Source of the DNA: Patescibacteria group bacterium | GTDB taxonomy: Bacteria > Patescibacteriota > Minisyncoccia > UBA6257 > Colwellbacteraceae | Length of the DNA: 64,000 bases | Assembly (NCBI GenBank): GCA_023380475.1 | Contig: JAMCRD010000006.1 | Location: forward strand, 2,546 to 66,545 | Direction: 5' to 3' | In this document: piece by piece, positions 1 to 7,455 of the stretch | How positions within the stretch are numbered: position 1 is the first letter of the stretch | Layout of the letters: every line of letters starts with the position of its first letter | The notes under the pieces: model-generated | Told to the model about the DNA's origin: nothing | The model's database searches: none | The model's input: the letters and a program-made list of their open reading frames with translations, nothing else | Made by a program: the position numbers and the translations under genes

Positions 1-1
1 A

Positions 2-124
2 ATCCACGCTGTGATACTGTTCCCAGATGGCAACCGCCCTTACGGAGATAGATATATGGCGAACCTGCCATTCGACTATCTCAAACCAAGTACGGCACCC
101 CTGCCTTGGAAATTGCTATGGTAA
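2..124 (+). CDS. Possible 3' end of an unidentified CDS entering from the window edge
   Basis: Open frame from position 2 (IHAVILFPDGNRPYGDRY...WKLLW) to TAA at 122-124; no recognisable family. Confidence 0.3.
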   Translation: MHAVILFPDGNRPYGDRYMANLPFDYLKPSTAPLPWKLLW

Positions 125-156
125 TAGCCAAACCATATCGCCTAGCCGCCAGCAAG

Positions 157-756
157 CTATAAAGATCCGTTGCGCCTAGCCATACGGCGGTAAATTCTGA
201 ACATCACGAACAAAACCACGGCGGTGGCAACGACCGCTGCCAGCAAGGTAAAGATATCAGAGGCGTTGCTCCAGTATATACCGAGGATATAACCGACGAA
301 CAAAATGACGGTCGGCTCAATGACGTCACCGATAATGTCCGGGATTATAAAACTCAACAGAGGCACACCGACAAAACCCGCCAAGAGGTTAACCACTGAA
401 CTCAATGAGCCGGCAAAACGGGAAGAAAAAACAGTGCCAGCTGCATCATGACGCAGCTCCTCTTCGAACTGCACAAAAAAACGCGACTGGTCTATTTTCA
501 GCTTGCGGATGATTGTTGCACCGTACCTCCTGGTCAATAGGTAATCCGCCAAATCGCCCAATACATTGCTCGAAACAGCCACAGCCAACGACTCCCATAT
601 ATTAAAATAGCCCTGGCTGGAGAAGGCTCCTACCGCCAGGAGGGTGGCGCTCATCGGTAACGGCAAGATCATTGCCGCGCCAAAATTGAACACAAAGATA
701 GCTGCATATCTGTAGACGAGGACGTATGACAAAATTGAGCTTAGCAACGAACCCAT
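157..756 (-). CDS. DedA/VTT family membrane protein
   Basis: Hydrophobic 199 aa; LPLP...LLAVG, SSNVLGD...Y and SRF motifs typical of DedA. Confidence 0.85.
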   Translation of the reverse strand: MGSLLSSILSYVLVYRYAAIFVFNFGAAMILPLPMSATLLAVGAFSSQGYFNIWESLAVAVSSNVLGDLADYLLTRRYGATIIRKLKIDQSRFFVQFEEELRHDAAGTVFSSRFAGSLSSVVNLLAGFVGVPLLSFIIPDIIGDVIEPTVILFVGYILGIYWSNASDIFTLLAAVVATAVVLFVMFRIYRRMARRNGSL

Positions 757-760
757 CTGG

Positions 761-1186
761 CTACTGTACCGGATTGGCCTGTTTTATAAGATAGTCACGA
801 ACCGCCGAACTAACCTCCGCAACAGATGTAGCTGTGCTGGTATGGCTCGCCTTGGCGTAGGCATACACCGACATCTGAGGATATCTCGAATCGGAAACAG
901 ACAAGCTCGTTTTTAGATAATCTTCGGGTAGTTTGAACAGTCTATTAATGTAGTCGAAGGTCATCCAGGAAGTTATCAGGCTGACGTCATCTGCCGTCAG
1001 CGAGCCATGTGATCTGAGAAAATCAGAAACTTCAACCCTCTGCTGATCAATAAACTCGAGCCGTTTCAGATGTACTATCGCAATCGCGAAGAAAACCACC
1101 AGCACTACCAAAGCTATACTCAAAAGGATCACTGCGCATTTGAGATAAGCCCTCGATCTGTCACCATGCGGTTGGTCCATATGCAA
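761..1186 (-). CDS. Hypothetical membrane-anchored protein
   Basis: One N-terminal TM segment, WMTFDYINRLF motif; ends 4 nt before the dedA start. Confidence 0.7.
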   Translation of the reverse strand: MHMDQPHGDRSRAYLKCAVILLSIALVVLVVFFAIAIVHLKRLEFIDQQRVEVSDFLRSHGSLTADDVSLITSWMTFDYINRLFKLPEDYLKTSLSVSDSRYPQMSVYAYAKASHTSTATSVAEVSSAVRDYLIKQANPVQ

Positions 1187-1286
1187 TAAGTATACCTCTG
1201 GCTGGGACTATCGGGTGCATACACCAGCATCTTTAACAAGAAAGAATTGTATTGTTATAATCGTCATGCTAGGTTGTTTCAGCGCC

Positions 1287-1361
1287 GCTTCCGTCGTTCA
1301 ATGGATAGGACACAAGATTGCGGATCTTGTAATCGAGGTTCGACTCCTCGCGGAAGCACCA
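1287..1361 (+). tRNA. tRNA-Arg(GCG)
   Basis: Cloverleaf GCTTCCG/CGGAAGC, anticodon arm CAAGA-TTGCGGA-TCTTG, GGTTCGACTCC T-arm, encoded CCA. Confidence 0.95.
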
Positions 1362-1381
1362 TTAATTGAGAAACGGCTGGT

Positions 1382-2503
1382 TTGACCCCCTTTCTGGACG
1401 TACCTCCAGATGTCATAATTAATGTTATGAAAATGTTTAATAAGTTATTTTACGCGATCACGGGCGTGTTGTTGTCGATCGCGATGGCGCCGATTGCCTC
1501 GGCTCATGAAGTATATGTGCTTTCACCCAGTTCAATAGCCAAAGCTGTAAACACACCGTCATTCAGCCTGCTAGGCGTCATATCCCAGAACTTGCACGAA
1601 TTCGTATTCTGGGCGTTCATCGGCATCTTAATAGTCTTCTGCGTCCTCATGATATCAACTTCGCACTTACTCGAACGCAAACTCGATCCGCTTCTGGTAA
1701 AAATTAAGAGGTATGCTCCATTTATTGCGCGATTTACGATCGGCATCTCTTTCCTGGCTTGCGCCTATTATCAGGCGACCTTTGGTCCAGAACTGCCTCT
1801 TTCATCCACATTCGGGTCGATCTCAGGACTAATCGCGGTAGTTTTTGCAGCTTTGGGAGTACTGGCTATAGTCGGCTTGTTGGTTCGACCGGCGGCTTTT
1901 ACTGCCCTTGTTATATTTGGAGCTACTATTTGGGTTCATGGTGTCTACATGCTGACCTACGTCAACTATCTCGGCGAAATCATCGTTCTTCTTATACTCG
2001 GCGCCCACAGCTTTAGCCTAGATACGTATTTCGCCACTAGACGAACCAGGAAAAGAAACGATGACCAGGCATCGCCTACCTGGTTATCAAAAGCAAAAAA
2101 CTATCTGGCGCCGCGCAGCTTCGCTATCCTACGCGTTCTTTTCGGGACAGCTCTGGTCTATGCCTCAGCTTATGCCAAGATCATCCACAACAACCTAGCC
2201 CTCTTTACCGTTGAGCGATACCACCTCGATAAAATATTGGGTTTCGAACCACACTTTCTTGTCCTAGGGGCAGCCCTTGTTGAACTTACAATAGGGCTGT
2301 TCTTCGTCCTTGGATTCGAGATACGTTTCACATCTACCTTTTTGTTATTCTGGCTTACCCTCTCGTTAATCTTCTTTGGAGAAATAGTCTGGCCTCATCT
2401 GATCCTAATCGGCATCCCTATAGCCTATATTTTCTACGGTTACGATCGATACTCTCTAGAAGGGTGGCTCTTTAAAAAGAGCAAGCTTGAGCCGATACTT
2501 TAA
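1382..2503 (+). CDS. DoxX-like polytopic membrane protein (start probably near 1428-1434)
   Basis: Signal-like segment ending AHEVYVL, many TM helices, two DoxX-like repeats. Confidence 0.7.
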   Translation: MTPFLDVPPDVIINVMKMFNKLFYAITGVLLSIAMAPIASAHEVYVLSPSSIAKAVNTPSFSLLGVISQNLHEFVFWAFIGILIVFCVLMISTSHLLERKLDPLLVKIKRYAPFIARFTIGISFLACAYYQATFGPELPLSSTFGSISGLIAVVFAALGVLAIVGLLVRPAAFTALVIFGATIWVHGVYMLTYVNYLGEIIVLLILGAHSFSLDTYFATRRTRKRNDDQASPTWLSKAKNYLAPRSFAILRVLFGTALVYASAYAKIIHNNLALFTVERYHLDKILGFEPHFLVLGAALVELTIGLFFVLGFEIRFTSTFLLFWLTLSLIFFGEIVWPHLILIGIPIAYIFYGYDRYSLEGWLFKKSKLEPIL

Positions 2504-2511
2504 TAGGAGCC

Positions 2512-2682
2512 ATGCCCAAATCCGATATTAAAATTCCAATTATCATAGCCATAGCACTACTGGTATTGATCGGCGGTTATTTTTACTATGCGGCATCAAC
2601 CAAGAAATCTGCCGGATCGTTCCACGGGCCAACTAGTGCGCCGCATGTAGTCGGGCCACATACCTTGCCCCCGACAAATTAG
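2512..2682 (+). CDS. Small single-TM protein, 56 aa (MPKSDIKIPIIIAIALLVLIGGYFYY...), absent from the ORF track
   Basis: AGGAG 3 nt before the ATG, one clear TM helix, follows the doxX-like gene, TAG at 2680-2682. Confidence 0.6.
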   Translation: MPKSDIKIPIIIAIALLVLIGGYFYYAASTKKSAGSFHGPTSAPHVVGPHTLPPTN

Positions 2683-2745
2683 TTGATATTTGCTGGGTGA
2701 AAAGTAGAATCTTTATAGCTGATTCGGTGAATCGACGCCACAGCA

Positions 2746-2819
2746 GCGGGTATCGTATAGCGGCATTATGTCGCCCTTCCAAGGCGAAGATACGGGTTCG
2801 ACTCCCGTTACCCGCTCCA
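2746..2819 (+). tRNA. tRNA-Gly(TCC)
   Basis: GCGGGTA/TACCCGC acceptor stem, TCGCC-CTTCCAA-GGCGA anticodon arm, encoded CCA. Confidence 0.95.
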
Positions 2820-2836
2820 ATCATCTGGAGAACTAA

Positions 2837-2871
2837 ATAGAAGCCACTATCGCGCGATCGTGGCTTCTATT
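2837..2871 (+). terminator. Hairpin after tRNA-Gly
   Basis: AATAGAAGCCAC...GTGGCTTCTATT inverted repeat. Confidence 0.6.
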
Positions 2872-2897
2872 GACTCCAAATCAAAAAATGGTATTCT
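2870..2897 (+). promoter_or_regulatory. Sigma70-like promoter
   Basis: TTGACT-N16-TATTCT with an extended TG. Confidence 0.45.
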
Positions 2898-2903
2898 CCA
2901 CCG

Positions 2904-3025
2904 TGCAGCATACGTCTCCAACCATCGGTATTCTGGAACAAGGGGCGAAGCACAGCACCATGATGTAAAACCAGAAGGTGATACCTCATGCGAGAGCAAA
3001 CTTTAAGACGTTAATTTTCTGCATG
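2904..3025 (+). ncRNA. Candidate structured small RNA
   Basis: Nested pairings TGCAG/CTGCA, ACGTCT/AGACGT, TTCTGG/CCAGAA downstream of a promoter; no ORF. Confidence 0.35.
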
Positions 3026-3076
3026 CTATGTGATTTATATTACACGACTTTTGATTCAACAAATTTATTTTGAACC

Positions 3077-4306
3077 TTACTCTGTCTGCAAATTATTGCT
3101 ACTAAACTTTTTCTCGAAGACCATCAACACAACCACAGCCACGAAGGCTGCTGCTGCCCCTAGATAGAAGGGCGCCGACGGCCCGACCCGATCCCACAAT
3201 AGTCCCGCCAGGAAGCTAGCGACAAGAGCCGCAACACCAGAAGTCATGCCATATATGCCGAACGCTCTGCCGCGATAGTCTGCGCTGACCATGTCAGCCA
3301 ACAGGGCCTTTGCCACACCCACATCGATTGCATAATAGATGCCATACAAACCGTAGAGCAGCCAGATCATATAGGCTTGTGAAGCAAGAGCGAATCCGAG
3401 ATACACCAATCCGTACACAACCCAGCCTATAATGATGGTGGGGATACGTCCTATCTTGTCGGAAAGCGATCCTACGGGGACGGCAAACAGGGCATATATA
3501 AAATTGAATAGAGCTATGACCAGTGGGATGGCAAGCAATGTAATACCAAGATTCCTAGCACGGAGGATGAGAAATGCGTCAGATGAACTACCAAGGGTGA
3601 AAATAATGACTATTGCCATAAACAGATAGAATGACTGAGGGAGAGCCGATCTACCTTTCGCCGTTACGATCCGCTGCGGAGCTGGCTGGTTGTGGCCGAT
3701 TTCTCTGACCTTCGTCACCAGAATCAGCAAGGTGAAGAAAAGCGGGACAGCGGTAAATATAAGGATATAGCGATACAACTGTGCGCTGCCGCTAAGGAGA
3801 TACAATAGGCCGAATAATATGAGCGGCCCGGCGACCGATCCGAATGTGTCGAGCATACGCACTATGCCGAAACTCTTGCCCCGTGTCTCTTTTTCAGATG
3901 AACCAGCGATAAGAACGTCTTTAGGTGGGTCTTTTATGCCCTTACCGGCGCCGTCCAAGAACCGCAGACCAAAAATCGAGGCGCTGGAGGTGAAAAACGC
4001 AAGGAGCGGACGGCTTACCATCGAAAAGAGGTAGCCGATGAATATTATTGGCTTGCGTCTTTTAAACTTATCAGATAAGAGTCCGGATATAACGCTGAAT
4101 ATGTAACTGCCGGCGTCAACCAAGCCTTCGGCGATACCGACAAACGTCTTATCAAAACCAAGGACGGTGGTGTAGTAAATCGGGATGATCGGCGTGAAGA
4201 TGTCCTGGCTTATCCCACCGAACAGGCTAAGCAAGCCGATGAAGAAAGGGTTTTTGTTTTTAGGCTTGGAGCTGGGATTCGCCTGCGCTGCAGGCTGGTT
4301 CTCCAT
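3077..4306 (-). CDS. MFS transporter
   Basis: About 12 TM helices; motif A GLLSDKFKRRK and GSLSDKIGR. Confidence 0.9.
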   Translation of the reverse strand: MENQPAAQANPSSKPKNKNPFFIGLLSLFGGISQDIFTPIIPIYYTTVLGFDKTFVGIAEGLVDAGSYIFSVISGLLSDKFKRRKPIIFIGYLFSMVSRPLLAFFTSSASIFGLRFLDGAGKGIKDPPKDVLIAGSSEKETRGKSFGIVRMLDTFGSVAGPLILFGLLYLLSGSAQLYRYILIFTAVPLFFTLLILVTKVREIGHNQPAPQRIVTAKGRSALPQSFYLFMAIVIIFTLGSSSDAFLILRARNLGITLLAIPLVIALFNFIYALFAVPVGSLSDKIGRIPTIIIGWVVYGLVYLGFALASQAYMIWLLYGLYGIYYAIDVGVAKALLADMVSADYRGRAFGIYGMTSGVAALVASFLAGLLWDRVGPSAPFYLGAAAAFVAVVVLMVFEKKFSSNNLQTE

Positions 4307-4366
4307 GTCTTTAGGTTATCCACAATACAGAGAATTGAAAAGACCGTCGGGTGTAGTAACATTTAG

Positions 4367-4460
4367 GCAGGACTAGTGTTATTAAAAAGTAATCAAAAAA
4401 GCGTGAACCAATTTCGGTTCACAATTGCCAAACACTAATCTTAAATTAGTTAACACCTGC
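4367..4460. ncRNA. Candidate structured ncRNA
   Basis: GCAGG/CCTGC closing stem, TAGTGTT/AACACTA, GTGAACC/GGTTCAC hairpin, followed by a strong hairpin. Confidence 0.35.
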
Positions 4461-4489
4461 TTCTTCTTTTAAAATAAATACTACTCCTA

Positions 4490-4518
4490 AAAGAGCATTC
4501 TTCGGAATGCTCTTTCTT
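4490..4518 (+). terminator. Intrinsic terminator-like hairpin
   Basis: AAAGAGCATTC-TTCG-GAATGCTCTTT followed by T-rich sequence. Confidence 0.65.
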
Positions 4519-4566
4519 ATTCTCGCTAAGTTTATTTTTAGCCGATTATCTGCTAGAATCACCGTA

Positions 4567-4743
4567 ATGAAGCTAACGGTTGGTATGGCCATTATTGCTG
4601 CCGTTCTAGGAACGGCTTTCTATTTATACACAGCTTTGACTACCCAAACCTCTACCCGCTATGCCCAAGCTAAGGACGATACATCCAACCCAGGTGCTTC
4701 CGGCCCAGCCGTGCCGCAAGCTTCTCAATATCAAGGTCTCTAA
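4567..4743 (+). CDS. Small single-TM protein (58 aa)
   Basis: ATG at 4567, N-terminal hydrophobic helix, directly upstream of the ECF sigma gene. Confidence 0.55.
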   Translation: MKLTVGMAIIAAVLGTAFYLYTALTTQTSTRYAQAKDDTSNPGASGPAVPQASQYQGL

Positions 4744-4752
4744 GCCAATCGC

Positions 4753-4780
4753 GTAACCGACGGCCAGTCGGTTCCGTTCT
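4753..4780 (+). promoter_or_regulatory. Putative ECF autoregulatory promoter
   Basis: GTAACC...CGTT with AAC-N17-CGT spacing, ending just before the sigma ATG. Confidence 0.5.
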
Positions 4781-4782
4781 AC

Positions 4783-5319
4783 ATGTTAGAGGGCGAGCAA
4801 AAACTGGTGGAAAGGGCAAAGAGTGGTGATTCCTCCGCCTTTGGCCTGCTATATGATTACTACTTGCCCAGAATCTACCGGTTCGTCCTTATAAAAGTAG
4901 GCCAGCGTGAGGTGGCGGAGGACATCACTCATCTAGCATTTTTAAAAGCTTGGGAGAATATAGATCGTTACTTCTACCGCGGCTACTCCTTCGGGAGTTG
5001 GCTATATAAGGTGGCAAGGAACACGCTAACCGATCACTATCGTGATCGCAATAGTTCTACCCAAGTACATCTCGACGATATTTTCATCGAGCCAGAGTCA
5101 GACAAACCCCGACCCGGCGAAAACATCGATATAAAGTTAGAGAGCGAAAGGATTATGGCAGCTCTCTTAAAACTTTCAGCGTTGGAACAGGATGTAGTGA
5201 TAATGAGATTAGTGGATGACCTACCAACCAAAGAAGTTGCGGAAGCCGTAGGTAAGAGCGAGGGTGCTATCAAATTGATACAGCACCGCGCCATAAAAAA
5301 GTTAAAAGAGCTTTTGTAA
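4783..5319 (+). CDS. ECF (sigma-24 type) RNA polymerase sigma factor
   Basis: Region 2 (AEDITHLAFLKAW, FGSWLYKVARN) and region 4 HTH (TKEVAEAVGKSEGAIK...RA). Confidence 0.95.
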   Translation: MLEGEQKLVERAKSGDSSAFGLLYDYYLPRIYRFVLIKVGQREVAEDITHLAFLKAWENIDRYFYRGYSFGSWLYKVARNTLTDHYRDRNSSTQVHLDDIFIEPESDKPRPGENIDIKLESERIMAALLKLSALEQDVVIMRLVDDLPTKEVAEAVGKSEGAIKLIQHRAIKKLKELL

Positions 5320-5321
5320 AA

Positions 5322-5837
5322 ATGAGTCCGGAAGATAAATTAATCACACAATTGAACAATCTCAGAAGGATCAACCCTTCGGAAGATTTTGCTAGCAAGT
5401 TGAGAATTGAACTCCTTTCCACGCCGCGGACGGAAAGGAAGCACTTTTGGAAACTTACCGGCTTCAGGCTGTCTATCAAAGAGAGCTTGGGTTTTGCTGC
5501 TTCAGTTGCAGTAGTAGCAGCCTTAATACTGGCTTTTATAGACCTGACCCCTCAAACAGCTAGCCCGCTAATTGGTACCAACATTCCAGGAGCAGAGAGT
5601 ACAAATATGCTAAATGCCGCAAATGCTGCAGTCAGCGACATAAATATCCACCTCGATGAAGTTAACTCGTTTAGTGCTGCAGCCAAGCAAACCAGCAAAG
5701 CCCTGTCGGACATCAATCCATCCGCAGTAAATACCGGATCGCTTAACAGCGAGAATAACAGCATTAATGCCTCGTCCACCGACAGCAACAGCGCTTCCCA
5801 GATAAACAGCATCCTCGACGAGGTATCGAACAATTAA
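5322..5837 (+). CDS. Putative membrane anti-sigma factor
   Basis: 2 nt after the ECF stop; N-terminal PSEDFASKLR, one TM helix, Ser/Asn-rich outer domain. Confidence 0.6.
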   Translation: MSPEDKLITQLNNLRRINPSEDFASKLRIELLSTPRTERKHFWKLTGFRLSIKESLGFAASVAVVAALILAFIDLTPQTASPLIGTNIPGAESTNMLNAANAAVSDINIHLDEVNSFSAAAKQTSKALSDINPSAVNTGSLNSENNSINASSTDSNSASQINSILDEVSNN

Positions 5838-5838
5838 G

Positions 5839-6711
5839 ATGAACAAGAAGGCTATAAAATATCTAACCGCCGCTGTGCTGATTACAGCCGCCGCAACCTC
5901 AGTTAGCGCGGCTCTAGCTGACACCAACTCGATTAATAACGGCATTACCTCGGTTCAGAACGAGGTTAACAATCTGATCAATATCCGCAGCAGTCAGTCT
6001 ATCTCCGATGGAACCAAGACAGCGCAGGAAATTGCTGCCCAGAAGAAAGTGTTAAAAGGAGTTATAGCTCTGTCTGATAATGAGATATCTACAGCTCAAG
6101 AGAAACTAAATAACCTGCCGACCTTCGATGAAAACAGTGAGGCATATGTGTTGCAGAGCAACTATCTAGCCGAGTTGGCTTCCTATAGCAAATATTTCGC
6201 AGCTGAAGGATTAATTATATCCAACGCAACAACCTCAGACCAACTGCAGGCTGTAGCTGCAGACATAAAAGCTTTCCGCAACTCGGGATACAACAGCGAG
6301 ATATACAATATGATCACGTTCACCCTGCTCTACTACGATGCCGACATAATATCGACAGCCAATAGCCGCCTGAACAGCATCGAGACGGACATAACGAGTC
6401 TCAGCCAACTTCTAGCTAACCAGTCAGCTTTGAACAGTGAATTGAACAAGGCAAGCGGCTTAATCAGCGAAGCTTCAGACCTGCACGACCAGGCCAGCGC
6501 GCTAATACTCCAAAATTCCTCATCCACTGCATCTACGACCGCTACCAGCAGCCTCACGATTGCAATCTCCGGCTCTGCGGCAACTACAACCTCAGCAACC
6601 AGCACGCCCGACCCAAGAAGCATCCTCGAAAAAAGCATCACCAACGTGAAGAACGCCTATCAAATATTCATAGACGTAGCGAACAGCATCAAAACCCAGC
6701 TTAATCCCTAA
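5839..6711 (+). CDS. Secreted coiled-coil hypothetical protein
   Basis: Signal peptide, helical heptads, Ser/Thr linker. Confidence 0.75.
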   Translation: MNKKAIKYLTAAVLITAAATSVSAALADTNSINNGITSVQNEVNNLINIRSSQSISDGTKTAQEIAAQKKVLKGVIALSDNEISTAQEKLNNLPTFDENSEAYVLQSNYLAELASYSKYFAAEGLIISNATTSDQLQAVAADIKAFRNSGYNSEIYNMITFTLLYYDADIISTANSRLNSIETDITSLSQLLANQSALNSELNKASGLISEASDLHDQASALILQNSSSTASTTATSSLTIAISGSAATTTSATSTPDPRSILEKSITNVKNAYQIFIDVANSIKTQLNP

Positions 6712-6729
6712 CAACCTCTTATTTGATGA

Positions 6730-6760
6730 TATTAAATCCCGCCGAGCTGGCGGGATTTAA
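6730..6760. terminator. Bidirectional terminator
   Basis: ATTAAATCCCGCC-GAGCT-GGCGGGATTTAAT between convergent genes. Confidence 0.7.
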
Positions 6761-6785
6761 TATCGATTGAAAGTACTGTTCCAGA

Positions 6786-7061
6786 CTAGGCCACTGCTTC
6801 CTTGAGTAGTTTGCCAGCCCTAAACTTCGGGGCAGTCTTAGCTGGGATCTGTATCTTCTCTCCAGTCTTCGGGTTAATGCCCATTCGAGCTGCGCGCTTC
6901 GATACGCGAAATACCCCAAAACCAGCGATAGCTACCTCTTCGCCGCGAGCAAGGGACTTAACGATAGTTTCAAAGACAGCTTCTACCGTCATTTCAGCCT
7001 GCTTCTTGGTTTCAAGCCCAGCTGCTTTCATTACCGCTTCCACTAATTCAGGTTTTTTCAT
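6786..7061 (-). CDS. hup: HU DNA-binding protein
   Basis: MKKPELVEAV...GFGVF...RAARMGINPKTGEKIQIPAK.APKFRAGKLLKEAV; true start at 7061. Confidence 0.95.
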   Translation of the reverse strand: MKKPELVEAVMKAAGLETKKQAEMTVEAVFETIVKSLARGEEVAIAGFGVFRVSKRAARMGINPKTGEKIQIPAKTAPKFRAGKLLKEAVA

Positions 7062-7260
7062 ATAAGTTTTCTTTGCTTTTCTTCGACCTTTGCTTTTGTT
7101 TGCCCCGAGCAAAAGGATTGACTAACCTACTAGGCTCCCCTGCTCGAAAACTCTAGGAATATTCTAGCAAGTTAGGGCCCGGGACTCAATTCACAAAAGT
7201 ACAACCAAAGAATTATGTCAACTGGAGGAAGCGCTAGGGTAAAAAGAGATGCGATAGTAA

Positions 7261-7298
7261 AAAGAGACCCCAACCTCTCTAAAAGGAGAGGATGGGGC
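7261..7298 (-). terminator. Terminator downstream of rny
   Basis: CCCCAACCTCTC/GAGAGGATGGGG stem with a T-tract on the minus strand. Confidence 0.55.
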
Positions 7299-7300
7299 CA

Positions 7301-7430
7301 GTCCTGACTAGTGGTCTGTGGGCGTATGCATCAGTTCTGATGCTTTAGTAAGGTTTTCTCGAGGAGTTGCCGAGCCGAAACCAAGCAATCCGGTGAGGGA
7401 AACCTAAAGCCCACAGGCCACCGATCAGGC
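7301..7430. ncRNA. Rod-shaped ncRNA, 6S RNA candidate
   Basis: CCTGA/TCAGG, GTGGTCTGTGGGC/GCCCACAGGCCAC, AGGTTTTCTC/GAGGGAAACCT and GGAGTTGC/GCAATCC nested stems; adjacent to rny. Confidence 0.5.
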
Positions 7431-7455
7431 GAGATATATCCTAGCTTAGAGCGGG

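Noticed and set aside
2633-2824. 63 aa minus-strand ORF
   Set aside because: Antisense reading of tRNA-Gly(TCC).
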